DNA of 64,000 nt, taken from contig NC_042998.1 of assembly GCF_006345805.1 (NCBI RefSeq), forward strand, positions 55,366,001 through 55,430,000, given 5' to 3'. Both the position numbers and the translations under genes were made by a program. A model generated the notes under the pieces. That model saw only the letters and a program-made list of their open reading frames with translations, had not been told where the DNA came from and made no database searches. This document shows, one piece after another, positions 36,341 to 50,337 of the stretch. Positions within the stretch are counted from its first letter, which is position 1. Each line of letters opens with the position of its first letter. Source of the stretch: Octopus sinensis. Taxonomy: Eukaryota.

Positions 36341-36619
36341 CTTTACTTGTTTCAGTCATTTGACTGTGGCCATGCTGGAACACCGCCTTTAGTCGAGCAA
36401 ATCGACCCCAGGATTTATTCTTTGTAAGCCTAGTACTTATTCTATCGGTCTCTTTTGCCGAATGGCTAGGTTACGGGGACGTAAACACACTAGCATCGGT
36501 TGTCAAGCGATGTTGGGGGGACAAACGCAGACACACAAACATACACACACACACACACATACACACACACATATATATACATATATACGACGGGCTTCTT
36601 TCAGTTTCCGTCTACCAAA
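36341..36619 (-). mobile_element. SINE family A, 5'-truncated
   Basis: tttacttgtttcagtcatttgactgtggccatgctgg...gggcttctttcagtttccgtctacc. Confidence 0.85.
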
Positions 36620-39600
36620 AGTAAATGGAGAAACTGAACCTAAAAGGAAATCGAATTTTTTGAAATTCAATTGCCAAAACAGTTAGCTTCAGAAATATTC
36701 CGAGAATGAAACAGCACTCACTAGCAAGTCTAGCAGACGTGATTGTGATATTCTGGATATGAGTCAGGATGCTCTTGACGGTGAGGTTTTGCGATTGCAA
36801 AGTTTTCTGGTACCTATCTTACAAAATAACATAATTGATGATCCAAGTTAAAGCATTAGCTTATGCAGAGAGACACCTGCGAAAAGATTATAGGCTGTTA
36901 AGAAATTCGTTTGGTACATTCACCTGTTGCATTATCATTAGTGAAACACCCTTGAATATCAGTGGTAAGGAGTAGTCGTTGAACATGAGGCCAAAGTTAA
37001 GTAGTTTTTAGGTGGGCATTTATCAGATCAACGTGAATTCATAGAGGAATTATTGGCTGAATTTTTGTCTGGAACTTCTAGCAAGAATGATAATAATTTC
37101 TCCTATTATACAAATGTTCTCTTGCCTATCGTATTGTTCGAAGACGATATGATTCTAGTTATGTTGTGCACATCCTCCCCACAAAACGAGTTGAAATCAT
37201 GAAGCGCCGTATGTCATTAAAAAGCGTAGAGAAGTAGCTGCAATTAAAAGCACTCCCAGTTGTTGGAGTGAACAGTGTAAACATACCTTATAGTATGTCT
37301 TGCCCAGGCATTTTCACGTCCTCTGTTGAATGACCCTGTTCCGTTCGATTCCGTGTCTTCCAATTAGATAAGAAAAGTGACAAGTGTTTATCTCACTGGT
37401 CTCGGTGAACATAAGGACACACTGATATGGCTCCTTCCTCCAGAAAAAAAAGCATATAGAGATAGACGTCAGAGGAAATATAGGCATCAGAGACAATGCT
37501 GATGGCTAAGAGAAGGTTAAAGGAACTAGAGAAAATGATAAGTACAATGCCAAATTTGACATCATCGGAAGGCAATATACGACTATGGATAAAGTCCAAG
37601 AGATAATTGTAAACGCTCTAGGCCATTTTGGAAAAAGGAAATTAAGTTCTAAAATTTTGCTACTAGAGACAACTGGTTTCATTATGACAGCGAACTGGTG
37701 CCAAAGTTGTCACCTAATTACAAAATCATAAACCTACATGTCGGTTGACAAGAAATATTCATAAATCTCTATATATAATATAAACATATAAATATTTCTC
37801 TAGATTATATATATATATTAGCATTTCTTTTAGACATTGCGATGCTCATAACGTGGTGTTAGAACTCAATATAGATATGCTTCAGACCGAATCATCAGGT
37901 GAGTACAAAGGTGAGTACAAAGCAGTAATAAGAAATTGGGATGACAACGGAAATAAACAATTATGTTATGAAATTCATTAACTTACAGATGTTTCTGTTA
38001 TAAGGTGCAATGCATTTATAGTTGAGTGCTTGAGTATTACCCTATAGCTTTATCGGAGCTTCAAACATGAAGTGCGGTTTATTTGGGAAAACATTTACGA
38101 TTATGTATATACATAGGAAAGCGTTACCAATGAAAATACATATATGAATGTAAGAAATGAATTTCGAGCGATTGAGTGGGAAGTCCCTCCCAGAATGAGA
38201 ATAGGATAAATTTTAAAAAGTATGTAAAAGGATAGCAATTTGAAGAATCTCTATGATAAAATGTAAAAATAGTAAAAAGAACTATCAGGGTTTTTTGGGT
38301 TTTTTTAAAACTGATAGTTATTTTTGCCGTCTCTACATCTTATCATAAAGCGGCACTCGAAAATGTTTGCTCTTGTGATTTGTTGATGGTCATGGCAAAA
38401 CTAAGATTCACTGGAAACTGAAGTCGTTAGAACTGAAATGGAATGTTGTCTCTTGAGTCCATGCGATGGAGGCTCTTGTGTGCATGTTATCTAATTGAAA
38501 AGAGAGAGAGAGGAATCTTTTCTGTTGCCCTGACAGATGAACATTTCTTTTAATCCAGTGAAAAATCTTCAAATCTAGTATATCAATGTAATTTTTCACG
38601 CTGAATCCGATTTTGTGATCCATTTATTCCAGAAAAAAAAATTAAGCAAAATGTTTGAGATGCTTAAAGTTTGGTCATTATTACCCAATTAGAAGAGATG
38701 ATTTGGAAGCTAGCCTTTTTTGTGTGATAGCTGTCTGTCACAAAATGAAAGCAAACATTACAACGAAGAAGTTTAAATAAAATGAAAGCAATTACATCAT
38801 ATCAAGAGAGAGAGAGAGAGAGAGGAAGAGAAGGAGAGAGAGAAAGAGAGAGAGAGAGGGGGGAAGAGAGAGTGAGGAGCAGTATGCGTGAGTGATATAC
38901 ATATACAGAGGAAAGAGTGAGAGAAAGTGGCAAATAGGAGTTGACTAAACCATCGTCTAAATAATATGATCGACTACAACTCTTGAAGGTGGTGCTCCAG
39001 CGGGGCCTCAGTCTAACGATTAAAATAAATAAATGAATGCAGGAAATTCGAAATTTGGCAAAGGTCAAGAATACTGCTCAAACTAAACTTAACATTTTCA
39101 TTTATAACTATTTTGATTGAGGTAACATGAAACAATTTTTCTGACAGGGTTATGGTCGATTAATTATATCGAGCATAGCACTTAATTAGTTCGTCATTTT
39201 ACCGACCCCGAAGGGATAAAAAGTAAAGCTAGACCCTGGCCAGATTTGAACTCATGACGTAAAGAGCCAGATAAAATACTATTCCTTTGTGAATTGTCGT
39301 TTCTTTGCATATGTGACTTAATGAATTTCCTGTAAAATTTTAAAAACAAAAAGAAATAGTCCTCGAAGAATAAGTTGGTTCTCAACATGAAAAAAGTATG
39401 TGAAAAACACACTGGTGTCAAGGAGCAAAGGCTAAGAGGCAATGACCTCTGGTGAGTAGCTGTCAAATATCCGCCCACCTATTAAAGCCTATATGCTATC
39501 ATATAACAATATTTAAATTTAAAATTTAGAAAAGAACGACGTCAATCACGAACGATGAATGGAATGAGATTGCGTAGGCGAAACGTCTCCCTCTGTCGCA

Positions 39601-39775
39601 CTCCCCTCACGCACTCACTCTGTCTCTCACACACACATATAATCAGAGATAGATAGGTAGATAGATAGATAGATAGATAGATAGATATGTTTTTGCTTTA
39701 CGTATACTTGTCCATAAAACACGCATATACGTAGATACATATTTATATATATATCGTATATATATATATATCGTA

Positions 39776-39851
<76 letters not shown>

Positions 39852-39962
39852 ATTATGTATATAATATTTATATATATATATATATGCACATACGTATATA
39901 TATATATTATATAATATATACATAACACATATACACGCGCATATGCACACACGTGTATATAG

Positions 39963-39994
<32 letters not shown>

Positions 39995-40035
39995 TGTATG
40001 TATGTATGTATGTTATATAATAAGTATATATATAA

Positions 40036-40106
<71 letters not shown>

Positions 40107-40145
40107 TATATATATCAAAATAAGCAGCAAGGATATCTAGAGGTA

Positions 40146-40233
40146 ATGCAGTACCGTCGTTTCAAGCAACTCCATTTAACTGAACAATGCAATCATTACA
40201 TCAATTTAAATGGAGAGCAATCCTCAGCTGCAT
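40146..40233 (-). ncRNA. Type I hammerhead ribozyme fold within a (TA)n-flanked non-coding segment (about 40095-40480)
   Basis: Minus strand: ATGCAG-CTGAGGA-stem II (ctccatttaa/ttaaatggag, 10 bp)-GAAAC-gacg-GTA-CTGCAT; 6-bp stem I; GUA triplet, cleavage between 40152 and 40151. Confidence 0.7.
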
Positions 40234-41067
40234 AGAGACATAGACCCTCTATAAATCCTAAATTTTATTTTGGTGCTTTTGGGTGCAACTGTCTTGGAAG
40301 ACTCATATTGTTGTTCAATGCTCGAAATGAGGAGTAGATAGACAACCGACAATTGACGAAGGGTCGTTCTTTGTTATTTGTCCTGTTTTCCATCTGTTTC
40401 TCTCGACGTTTGCGTATTGAACTCACTTGATTTCGTATTTCATGTTGTTTACTGTTGGTGACGTCCTGTACCCATACATGAATATATATATATATATATA
40501 TACATATATATATAATATATATATATTATTTATATATATATATAATATATCATATATATATATATATTGTTACAAACACACACACACATATATGTAATAT
40601 ATACGTATATTGATCATAATGATTCTACACAATGAACAATGCTCTACGTTTAACGGGCTTTGAGCCGATCCCGGAACTTGTTCGTTATTGATTCTACTGA
40701 TCATATTGATGGGTAGGGTTAAAAAATAAAATCAACCTAAGCGGGTCTAAGAGATTCGTAGCCAATTATTAAAATGAATGCATTTAACCAGTTAGCAATG
40801 AAAGCGGTCATATCCGGCCAAAATATTCTGACTGTTTTATGATCAACTGGCCGGTGCTGACCTGTTATACCTACCCTACAATTTCACTCTAGAAATAAAA
40901 AAAGAGTCACATCCTGAAAATCTTGAAGCTATGACATAATGCATTGTTCATTCAAACCAATGTGAATAATTAAGCATTACATTTGTAATCTGAAAGCTAA
41001 ACGCTCAATCCAACTAGTTGCCTTTGTTGCCACTTGACGACAGTAACTTAACTTTTTTTTTGTTTCC

Positions 41068-41478
41068 TTTTATCTGCTTCACTCATTGGGCTGCGGCCTA
41101 GCTGGGGCCCCGCCAATAAAGGTTTATCTGAACAAATCGTCTCACTATTAATTTTTGTTAAACCTGGTACTTATTCTATCAATCTTTCTTTTTGTCTGCC
41201 TAATAGCTAATTTACAGTTCGTAAGTAAACCAACACCAGTTGTCAGGTGGGTGGGGGGACAAACACAAATATATGTCATATCTGTGTGCATGTGTGCGTG
41301 CGTGTGTGGGTGTGTGTGCGTACACACACATACAATGGGCTTCATTCAGTTTCCGTCTGCCTAATCCACTCACAAGGCTTTGGTCGGCGCGGTGCTAAAG
41401 CAGAAGACGCTTGCCCAAGTAGTGCGCAGTGGGACTGAACCCATGACAATATGGTTGGGAAATAAGTTCCTCAACTAC
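41068..41478 (-). mobile_element. SINE family A, diverged complete copy
   Basis: Reverse match including the internal (TG) tract and tgggactgaaccc (B box). Confidence 0.75.
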
Positions 41479-41821
41479 AAATGAAATAGAAAAGGGTTAT
41501 AATTGATAAAAGGAGTTGTAACTGATGGCGCTTATTTTACTGAGTAATGATAATCAAAGCTGAATCTGGCAGCGGTTGTGTCTTGAGATTGGGATTTATG
41601 TCGATAAAGGTAATACTGATAAATATTTAACCACAGTTACTATTTCTGTTACTTGCTCTCTGAATATGACGCCTAACTATGACAAGAAACATTTTAATAA
41701 TATGTTCTTCTAAACTAAGCCAGCAAGCCCGGGAAAATGCTTAGCAGCATTTCGTCCGTCTTTACGTTCTGAGTTCAAATTCTACTGAGGTCGACTTTGC
41801 CTTTCATCCTTTCGAGCTGCA

Positions 41822-42180
41822 TAGCTCTCTAAGAAGTTACTTGACATTGGAAGTGGAAAACTTCTACAGGATCCAGAAGGTAGTCTGTACCACCTCCCAT
41901 GTGGCAATATGACTGCCTCCCTTGAAGAATTGAAGAGCAAGTTCTTTCCAAACATTGCCACATACTACAAAGTTACAAGTGACTATGTGAAAGATCAGTT
42001 CTGGCACCAAGGAATGATGCTGTAGACAAACTGAATCTAAATTTGTTGTCTCAGCTTCCAGGAACTGAAGGTTCATACAGATCAATTAACTCTGTCCCTG
42101 ATCAGGAAAAGGCAACGCATTACCCAGTGGAGATTCTCAATTCACTTCAACCACCATGATTTCTGCCACACATTCTGATG
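41822..42180 (+). mobile_element. Helitron Pif1-type helicase fragment
   Basis: Translates with a frameshift as ...LAPRNDAVDKLNLNLLSQLPG...YRSINSVPDQEKATHYPVEILNSLQPP*FLPH, matching the Helitron helicase motif LAPxN...YPxEFLNSLxPPGxPPH. Confidence 0.8.
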
Positions 42181-42313
42181 GTTGTGTAAGCAGTTAATGA
42201 ATGATTCACTATGACTCAAACTCCCAATTCATATTCATAACGAAGGAACTGCATGACGACAGAGAGTCATAGGAAATCCCAAAAGCAACCAAAAATATTT
42301 GTCATTTAGAAGC

Positions 42314-42461
42314 ACACAAAAACTGATAACTTCACGTAAACAATTATTATTTGGTATCAACATTTTCGTCGCGCAAACTGTGAAGACCAGGCAGCTATTG
42401 GTGTGACGAAAATTTTGACACCAAACAATAAATATTTAAATAGAATTATCAGTTTTTGTGT
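42314..42461. repeat. Old fold-back element or MITE with ~60-bp imperfect inverted arms
   Basis: acacaaaaactgataa...attttcgtcgc versus gtgacgaaaatt...ttatcagtttttgtgt; about 26-bp spacer. Confidence 0.65.
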
Positions 42462-43236
42462 ATTTTTGAATAGCTAGTATGCGTCTTCCACACTGTAATT
42501 GTTTTAATTTTAGCACGCCGAATGGATAAGGAAGAAATGAAGTTGACCTTGATGGGATTTGAACTCAGAAAGTCGACTTCGGTGGGATTTGAGCATATCT
42601 GATGCGTCATTTTTGTCTCTGTTTTGGGACGTTTTGTTTTAATTATATTTTTGACAGTTCATTTATCTGTGTATTAACTACCTTTTGAACAATATTTACG
42701 ACGTCCGAACACAGGGATCCTTACGTGGTCAACTAGCCTGCTGAAAATAGCAACAACTTGTCCCTTAAATCAGTGTTACCTATAGAGAGTCTCTATGAAA
42801 AGAGGTGGACAAATTGCCTCGTTTGATAAAATTGAAATAATTTCAAATTTTTTAAAGTTGTCAACATCATAGAGAAAATATTAGAATTACGTGAATGCAA
42901 TAATTATTTTGTATACTCATCAATAAAGAATGAAGAAAGAAGACAAAATATTTCTCAAATATTTTTCTGGGGGATAGGGTGTACCTACCTTTCGCAGTTT
43001 ACGAGCAAGTAAAATCATACTCAACTGTCTTAAAAAAGGAAAAGTACGCATTCAATAATGTATACCAGTCCCTGTTATAGAAAATATATAAAGTGACCAT
43101 GCTTGGAACTTCTATGATCATAGATAGGTCTGTTTGACGAAGGTTGGCCTGGGACTAAACAATGATAACAAAATTTCTGATACTAAGAAAAAGAATATGA
43201 AAGCAATCACAAATTATGTGATGTGAAAAAATTTTG

Positions 43237-43366
43237 TGGCAGTGTGGTAAGAAGTTTGCTTCTCAACCACATGGCGTTGGGTTCAGTCCCATTGCCATTG
43301 CTACTTTAGCCTCGGGCCAACCAAACCCTTGTGAAGGGATTTGGTAGACGGAAACAGAAAGAAGTC

Positions 43367-43420
<54 letters not shown>

Positions 43421-43605
43421 TATAATATATGTATATAAATAAATAATAAATATATATATATATGTATAAGGTAAACAAACGTTATGATAGATCGAATGCC
43501 TTTTTTTTCATTTTCATATATTTTAACATATTTTAACCTCTGAAGGCAAAATAACTGCATTTCACTGCGGAGAAAAACATCGGACTCTTAGACTCGTTTC
43601 ACACA

Positions 43606-43692
<87 letters not shown>

Positions 43693-44128
43693 TGATAACC
43701 GGGGCTTGCTTTGTTTATGGCCCTGTAAGTTAATGGTTCGGCAAAAAGAGGCTAATAGGATATGTACAGGGCTCAAAAGATAATAGGTACTGGCGTTCAT
43801 TTGTTCGACTAAACTAGATGCTCTCAACCATCTTTTTTTTTTTTTGCCTATTGGATCCCCGCTGATTCTTATTTTACTCAGATGTGTAAAAGAATTCTAT
43901 CATATTTTTATAGTTGAATAATATTAGGGATTGTACAAAAATTTTTTTAAAATCATTTGCGTGTTGTGAAAGTATAACTATAATTTATTGGACATAAATT
44001 TAAATAAAATCATATGTGGACCCCCAAAGGGCATACATACGGATCCCGTTTGAGAACCGATGGACTAAAACCTTTAAAGGTGGTGCTCCAGCATGGCTTC
44101 AATCGAGTGACAGATTCAAGTAAAAAAA
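43237..44128 (+). mobile_element. SINE family A interrupted by microsatellites and a hAT MITE
   Basis: Head about 43237-43368; 3' body about 43695-43814, resuming at 44063. Confidence 0.75.
43815..44062. mobile_element. hAT/Charlie-like MITE nested in a SINE
   Basis: Right end gtttgagaaccgatg; decayed left end tagatgctctcaac; 8-bp TSD gactaaac/gactaaaa (7/8) at 43807-43814 and 44063-44070. Confidence 0.6.
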
Positions 44129-45060
44129 ATGCTAAAACATAAAAGATATTGTACAGACAACAATGAAGCTTTATTTCCCCTTAATATGAATATTTTATCT
44201 TTCCCTGCCGAATGTGTCACGTCATAAATTACATTCGCATAGTTGAACCCACAGCATAGCATTGTAGTTAACAATAGAAATTCATAGACCTGTCTACATA
44301 ATAGATATAAGATTTAATCTATAAGGTACTCCAATTACAGGAGTTTACATTTTAGTTCAATGACATTTCCTCAGTTTTCTTTTGTCTGTCCTATATTTAT
44401 TTACACAAGTGACTAGTTTGTTCTTTCCATTTCGTTTATTTCTTCTTCCCCTTTCTTTTTCTTTAATAATACCTGTATTAATTTTTTTCTTTTTTCTACA
44501 GGTGTATCATCTTGAATATCATACATTGAAAGATGACCATCGTTGGAGTTGACATATTTGAAGATTTAGTGAGAGCATACATGCATGGTCTGATGAGCTC
44601 ACGCTACTCGATATCTTAATACACATTAATGATAATGATGATGATACTACAAAATATTTCGGGGTATTGGAAGCAGACATACCTTCGTTGTCTTTATTTA
44701 TTTATTTGTTCATTTATTTTACATTCTATGAACTTGTCTTTCATTTACAACAACAACAAAAAGAAAAACAACTCGATGGTAGTGTAGAATCGTTAGAGAA
44801 TTGGAGAAAATGCTTTCCGGTATTTCTTCTGGTTATTTACGGTCCGAATTCAAATTACGCCGAAATCGACTTTGCCTTTCATTCTTACGAGGCTGATAAA
44901 ATAAGTACCCGTTCAACAGTGAGGGTTGATGTAATCGATTTTATTCCTACCCTAAAATTTCTGGTCTTGCACCAATATTTGAAATAAGATTGTTATGAGG
45001 GCGGCGTAAACCTGTAAGGTCGGGAAACCTACATCATCTCCATTATTTCTTACCACCTAA

Positions 45061-45822
45061 GGCGGCGAGCTGGCAGAAACGTAAGCACGCTGGGCGAAAT
45101 GCTTAGCAGTATTTCGTCCGCTGCTACGTTCTGAGTTCAAATTCCGCTGAGGTCGACTTTGCCTTTCATCCTTTCGGGGTCGATAAATTAAGTACCAGTT
45201 ACGCACTGGGGTCGATATAATCGACTTCATCCGTTTATCTGTCCTCTCAGTGTTTAGCCTCTTGTGAGTAGTAAAGAAATAGGTATTTCGTCTGTCTTTA
45301 CGTTCTGAGTTCAAATTCCACCGAGGTTGACTTTGCCTTTCATCCTTTCGGGGTCGATAGATTAAGTACCAGTTGCGTACTGGGCTCGATCTAATCGACT
45401 GGCTCCCTCCCCCAAATTTCGGACCTTGTGCCTAGAGTAGAAAAGAATCATTAGCACGCCAGCAGAAATGCTTAGCATTATTTCGCCCGTCGCTACGTTC
45501 TGAGTTCAAATTCCGCCGAGGTCGACTATGCCTTTCTTTCTTTCGGGGTCATGAGTTGAACACTGGGGTCGATGAAATCGACTATCCCCTCCCCCAAATT
45601 TCAGGCCTTGTGCCTGTAATAGAAAGGATTATTCGGTACAGGCGCATCGCGTTCTGAGTTCAAATGCCGCCGAGGTCGGCTTTGTCTTTCCTACTTTCGG
45701 GCTCGTTAAATTAAGTACCAGTGAAACACTGCGATCGATGTAATTGACTGGTCCCCCACCAAAAAAAAAAAATTAAAAAAATAAAATTTCAGGCCTTGTG
45801 CCTATAGTAGAAAGGCTTATTC
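45061..45822 (+). mobile_element. Tandem multimer of four family B SINE units
   Basis: gttctgagttcaaat...gaggtcgactttgcc recurs at about 45128, 45302, 45498 and 45651. Confidence 0.85.
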
Positions 45823-46190
45823 TGTACAGGTGCGCGGTGTGCCACAGGTTAGATGTCAAACTCATCACAAAGCAACGTTAAAATGAATAGCACAATACAC
45901 TGCCAGGCCCGGGAATCGAAACCACGTTCACGCGTGCAATTCTCCGAACCTCTACGCTACACACCTTCATTAGATTTCGCTACAAACAGACGCTGGTTGT
46001 CTTGGTGAAACAATTTAGATCACTTATGCTACCTACAGCAGGTAACAGCTTCCCACAGCAGAATCTTCCATCTCAGTTACTCGTGACACTTGATGTTGCC
46101 TGACACTTGAAGTCTCATGGGTATTTTCTCTCTCTCTATCTCTCTCTCTCTCTCTCCCTCTATCTCTTTCTCTCCCCCTCTCTCTCTCTC

Positions 46191-46246
<56 letters not shown>

Positions 46247-46307
46247 TAAATAATGTATACATACCTATATATTTTATATACGTGCATATTTACATACATG
46301 TATACAT

Positions 46308-46346
<39 letters not shown>

Positions 46347-46404
46347 CATACATACATACATACACACATACATACATACATACATACATACATACATACA
46401 TACA

Positions 46405-46440
<36 letters not shown>

Positions 46441-46894
46441 TTGTATAAAAAAAGGTGAAAGTTGTTTAGCTTATGCTTCATGAGAATATTATGTTATTGG
46501 TGTCATGTAGATTATATTAGCTATAGCTAAAACGATGTAAATAAGATTTTCTTCGTTTTTGCTAATATAAGGATTCTTCCATTTCTACCAGGCAATCGTT
46601 GTTGATAATAAATTCGTATCAGCATGAACTCCGTGATCTCTGACATGTAAGGCATACCAGTGAGTTTTTCCTCAAATCATACCATACTGTCTTTAAGAAA
46701 GAGAACACATTAGATAATTTAGTCAACCTACGTTCTCCCGGCAACAGGTAGGATAGTCATAGTTGGAACGGCTTTGACTGATTATAGTTCATTTAGGTGA
46801 GGACTGATCCGCGAGTAACCAACACTAAGTACGCTGAACACACACACGCGCGCGCAAACACGCAGTTCTTTTTTCGTCTGCAAGTAGTTAATAA

Positions 46895-47460
46895 GAGTTG
46901 AAAGTTGTTTAGCCTGAAACGCATCTTGGATATCAAGTGGACCGACTGAGTCACTAACACTGAAGTCCTCAATCGTACCAATATATCCAGAATATCCACT
47001 CTGCTCCAACAGCGCCGTCTGCGCTGGCTCAGTCACATATATCGTATACCGGATGGGAGGATTCCCCCCAAAACCTCTTGGATAGGGAATTGGCCACCGG
47101 CACAAGAGCACGGGGACGATCCCATCTTCGTTTCAAAGACGCCTGCAAGAAAGAGATGAAATGAATAGATCTAGATGTACTGAGACGGGAAAAGATCGCA
47201 AATGATTGCCCATGTTGGTGACAAATACTACGAGCGAGGGGAAGAGAAACTGGAATTTGTTACCAAACAGAAGCGGGCTCGAAGAAAGGAAATATCAGTA
47301 GCGCCGGCGGAGAGCTCTTTCAAATGCAGTCGCTGCATGCAAGACTGCAGCTCTCATATAGCCTGTACAGCCACAGCTGACGCTGGACCACCATCAACTA
47401 CTAACACAATATTCTCCAGGCGTAGATGCATGGTCTTTCGAGACCGATAGATGCCTATCT
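46895..47460 (+). mobile_element. RTE-clade LINE 3' end
   Basis: KRILDIKWTD*VTNTEVL...QQRRLRWLSHI...RFKDACK...FKCSRCMQDC, followed by a short 3' tail. Confidence 0.82.
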
Positions 47461-47856
47461 ATTTAGCTATTTATCTACCTACATACACACACACACGTGA
47501 GCCAAAGAAAAGGGTCTACACATCTTGTGATGAAGTGGAAATAGCTGTCAAATTTCTTTCAAACTGCTTAAACATACACACTATCTTAAAAAAACAAGAG
47601 GAGACATTAATAACATAACTACAGTTTTTGATATAAGAAAGGATGCACGGTTAGAACACTTTTGATGATAATCAATCAAGGCTGAGCCAGGCCCAAACAA
47701 ATCGACATCATATGTGTTGTTATATTTAAACGGTTTGTTCTTTATATAACTTGACCTTCTAAACGCGCACCTTGTTCATTACAAAATACAGAAAGACAAA
47801 ACGTATTTCTACAAATTGCTTACTTCTCTGTAAGTTATTAAATACGAAACAGATGA

Positions 47857-47895
<39 letters not shown>

Positions 47896-48548
47896 AGGAA
47901 AGAGAGAGAAGAGTGAGTTTATGAGAAAGACAACAAAGTGAAAACCAAGAGCACATACAATTAAACAAACAGTCAAACTGGTATACAGACAAACAGTAAG
48001 ATTTGTCGATTTCCTTTTCAAACCTGGCTTCATGACTAATGCAATTATCTTCTCGAAGCCTAAACACACCATTACCAGTCCGGAAAACTTATATATCTAC
48101 TATTAATAATCTCATTTCCTTTCGTGATTTAACAATGGCCTTTGTTTTTCTCATACGTTTAAGATATATTTAGAATTAGCATTCCAATATTTGATTCGAA
48201 TGGTGCCGCTATTCGTTCGATTCATTGCACAATTTATACTTATAGATTGAATGACATTACGATTTTGTGTTTCATGAAACCAAATTGTTGTGCTATTTTA
48301 ATGGAATGGGCGTGAATTTCTTCTAGCACAAATATACAGACTCACTCGAATGATTTTATGAATCTTACAGACATTATTACACTGTTTGAGAGTTTGTCTC
48401 TATATTCCTGGTGACGAGAAAATAGAAAGTGTGGAAGGATAGAGGTTTGTGGTGTTCATGATTTTTTTTTTTACATTTTCATGGTTTCATTACATTCTAT
48501 TTCCTCAATGCCAAGTGTAAAAAAAAATATTTAAAAAAAAATCTTATC

Positions 48549-48795
48549 TTTTACTTGTTTCAGTCATTAGACTGCGGTCATTCTGGAGTACTGTCTTGAA
48601 AACTGCTTTGTCGATTGAATCGACCCCACTGCTTATATTTTTAGGCCATGTACTTATTTTAACGTTTCTCTTGCCGAACCGCTAAGTTATGGGGACGTAA
48701 ACACATCAACACCGATTCTGAAGCGTTGAGATGAGGGACAGATACTCGTAAGCACACACACATACATTTATATATATATATATATATATAATATA

Positions 48796-48843
<48 letters not shown>

Positions 48844-49000
48844 GGCATCTTTCAGTTTCCGTCTACTAAATCTACTCACAGGGCTTTGATCGGCCAGAGG
48901 CTATAGCAGAAGACACTTGCCCAAGATGTCACACAGTGGGATTGAACCCGGAAGCATGTGGTTGGGAAACCAGCTTCTTACCGCACAGCCACGCATGCGC
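48549..49000 (-). mobile_element. SINE family A, complete
   Basis: Reverse match from tail to head. Confidence 0.85.
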
Positions 49001-49716
49001 GTATATCTACTCCTTTTTTTTCTATTTAGATAGTTATATTTTGCATTTTGTAGGTAAATGATTAAACTGAACCAACTTCAGTCCAACACTAGAATTTAAC
49101 TTATTGACTACGAAAGATGAAAGCCGTTGAGGGCAAGAGCAGCAGAGAATACAATGAAAGAACACATCCGATGCTCTGCTATTTGATTTCTCTCTACCGT
49201 TGTGTAACTGGTTAAAACTTTTATCTTTCTTTAAGCAGCTTATAACTGAGAGAAAACTGAAACTATAATTTTCATACCGTTCCATTTGACATTTGCATAA
49301 ATATGGAATGGAAACTAGGACTTGAATCTAAAAACTGTCTGTTTAACTTGCAACATTTCTCGAGCTATTGAATAGAGTATTATATTCTTTTGCCTTGTCA
49401 TAACTGTTGCTATATTCGAGCGGGGTGGGAGTCAAGGAAATAGAAAATATGGGAATCTGTATCTTTTCAAGACGCATATTCGGACTAAATATACGGAATT
49501 ATTCATATGGTAATTAACAATACCTTGAAGGCCTTGTGATTCACTGAGAATTTACATTTGTTCCTCTGAGACTTGGTCATAGTACTGTCTTCATTATACA
49601 AATTTTTTTTTTTGGCAAGTACAGGATATATCTATATGGAGAAGAGAGTAAACTTGATTGAATTAACTATAGTGTATTCCTAATTACTAACAATTTAATA
49701 TAACCAGACGAATTTC

Positions 49717-49902
49717 AGTAGGAATGGCTGCGTGGTATGAAGCTTGCTGCGTGGTATGAAGCTTGCTTCCCAACCATATGATTCCCAGATCAGCCCCTCT
49801 GCGTGACACCTTGGGCAAGTGTTTTCTACTATAGCCTCAGGCTGACCAAAGCCTTGTCAGTGGATTTGCTAGACAGAAACTGAAAGAAGCGAGTCGTACA
49901 CA

Positions 49903-49976
<74 letters not shown>

Positions 49977-50192
49977 TGTCTATATCTGTGTGTGTGTGTG
50001 TGTCCTACTACTATCGCTTGACAACCGTTATTGGTGTGTTTACGTCCCCATAACATTGCGGTTCGGTGAAAGACACCGGTAGAATAGTTACTAGACTTTA
50101 AAAAATAAGTCCTGGAGTGGATTTGTTCGACTAAAAATCCTTCAAGGCGGTGCTCCGGCACGGCCGCAGTCAAATCACTGAAACAAGTAAAG
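49717..50192 (+). mobile_element. SINE family A, complete, with a 19-bp head duplication
   Basis: gctgcgtggtatgaagctt twice (49727-49764); tail ends gaaacaagtaaag. Confidence 0.85.
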
Positions 50193-50337
50193 GATGTAGC
50201 CAGACTAATAGAAGTACGTTTAATTTGGTACTCTAATCTTTTCAGGCAATGATATACTTTGAATGTTCATTTCTCACTTTGGTTAGAAGGCTACAAACCT
50301 GCAGGTAAGATGTAAATTTAATCGACTCCAGTATTTA

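Noticed and set aside
37860-37905. Minus-strand CTGATGA-ttcggtct-GAAG motif
   Set aside because: GAAG instead of GAAA, no stem II pairing and no stem I.
44481-44620. Possible exon after tttttctacag (MTIVGVDIFEDL) and a CTGATGA at about 44599
   Set aside because: Weak donor and no homology. The CTGATGA has no downstream GAAA or closing stems, so it is not a hammerhead.
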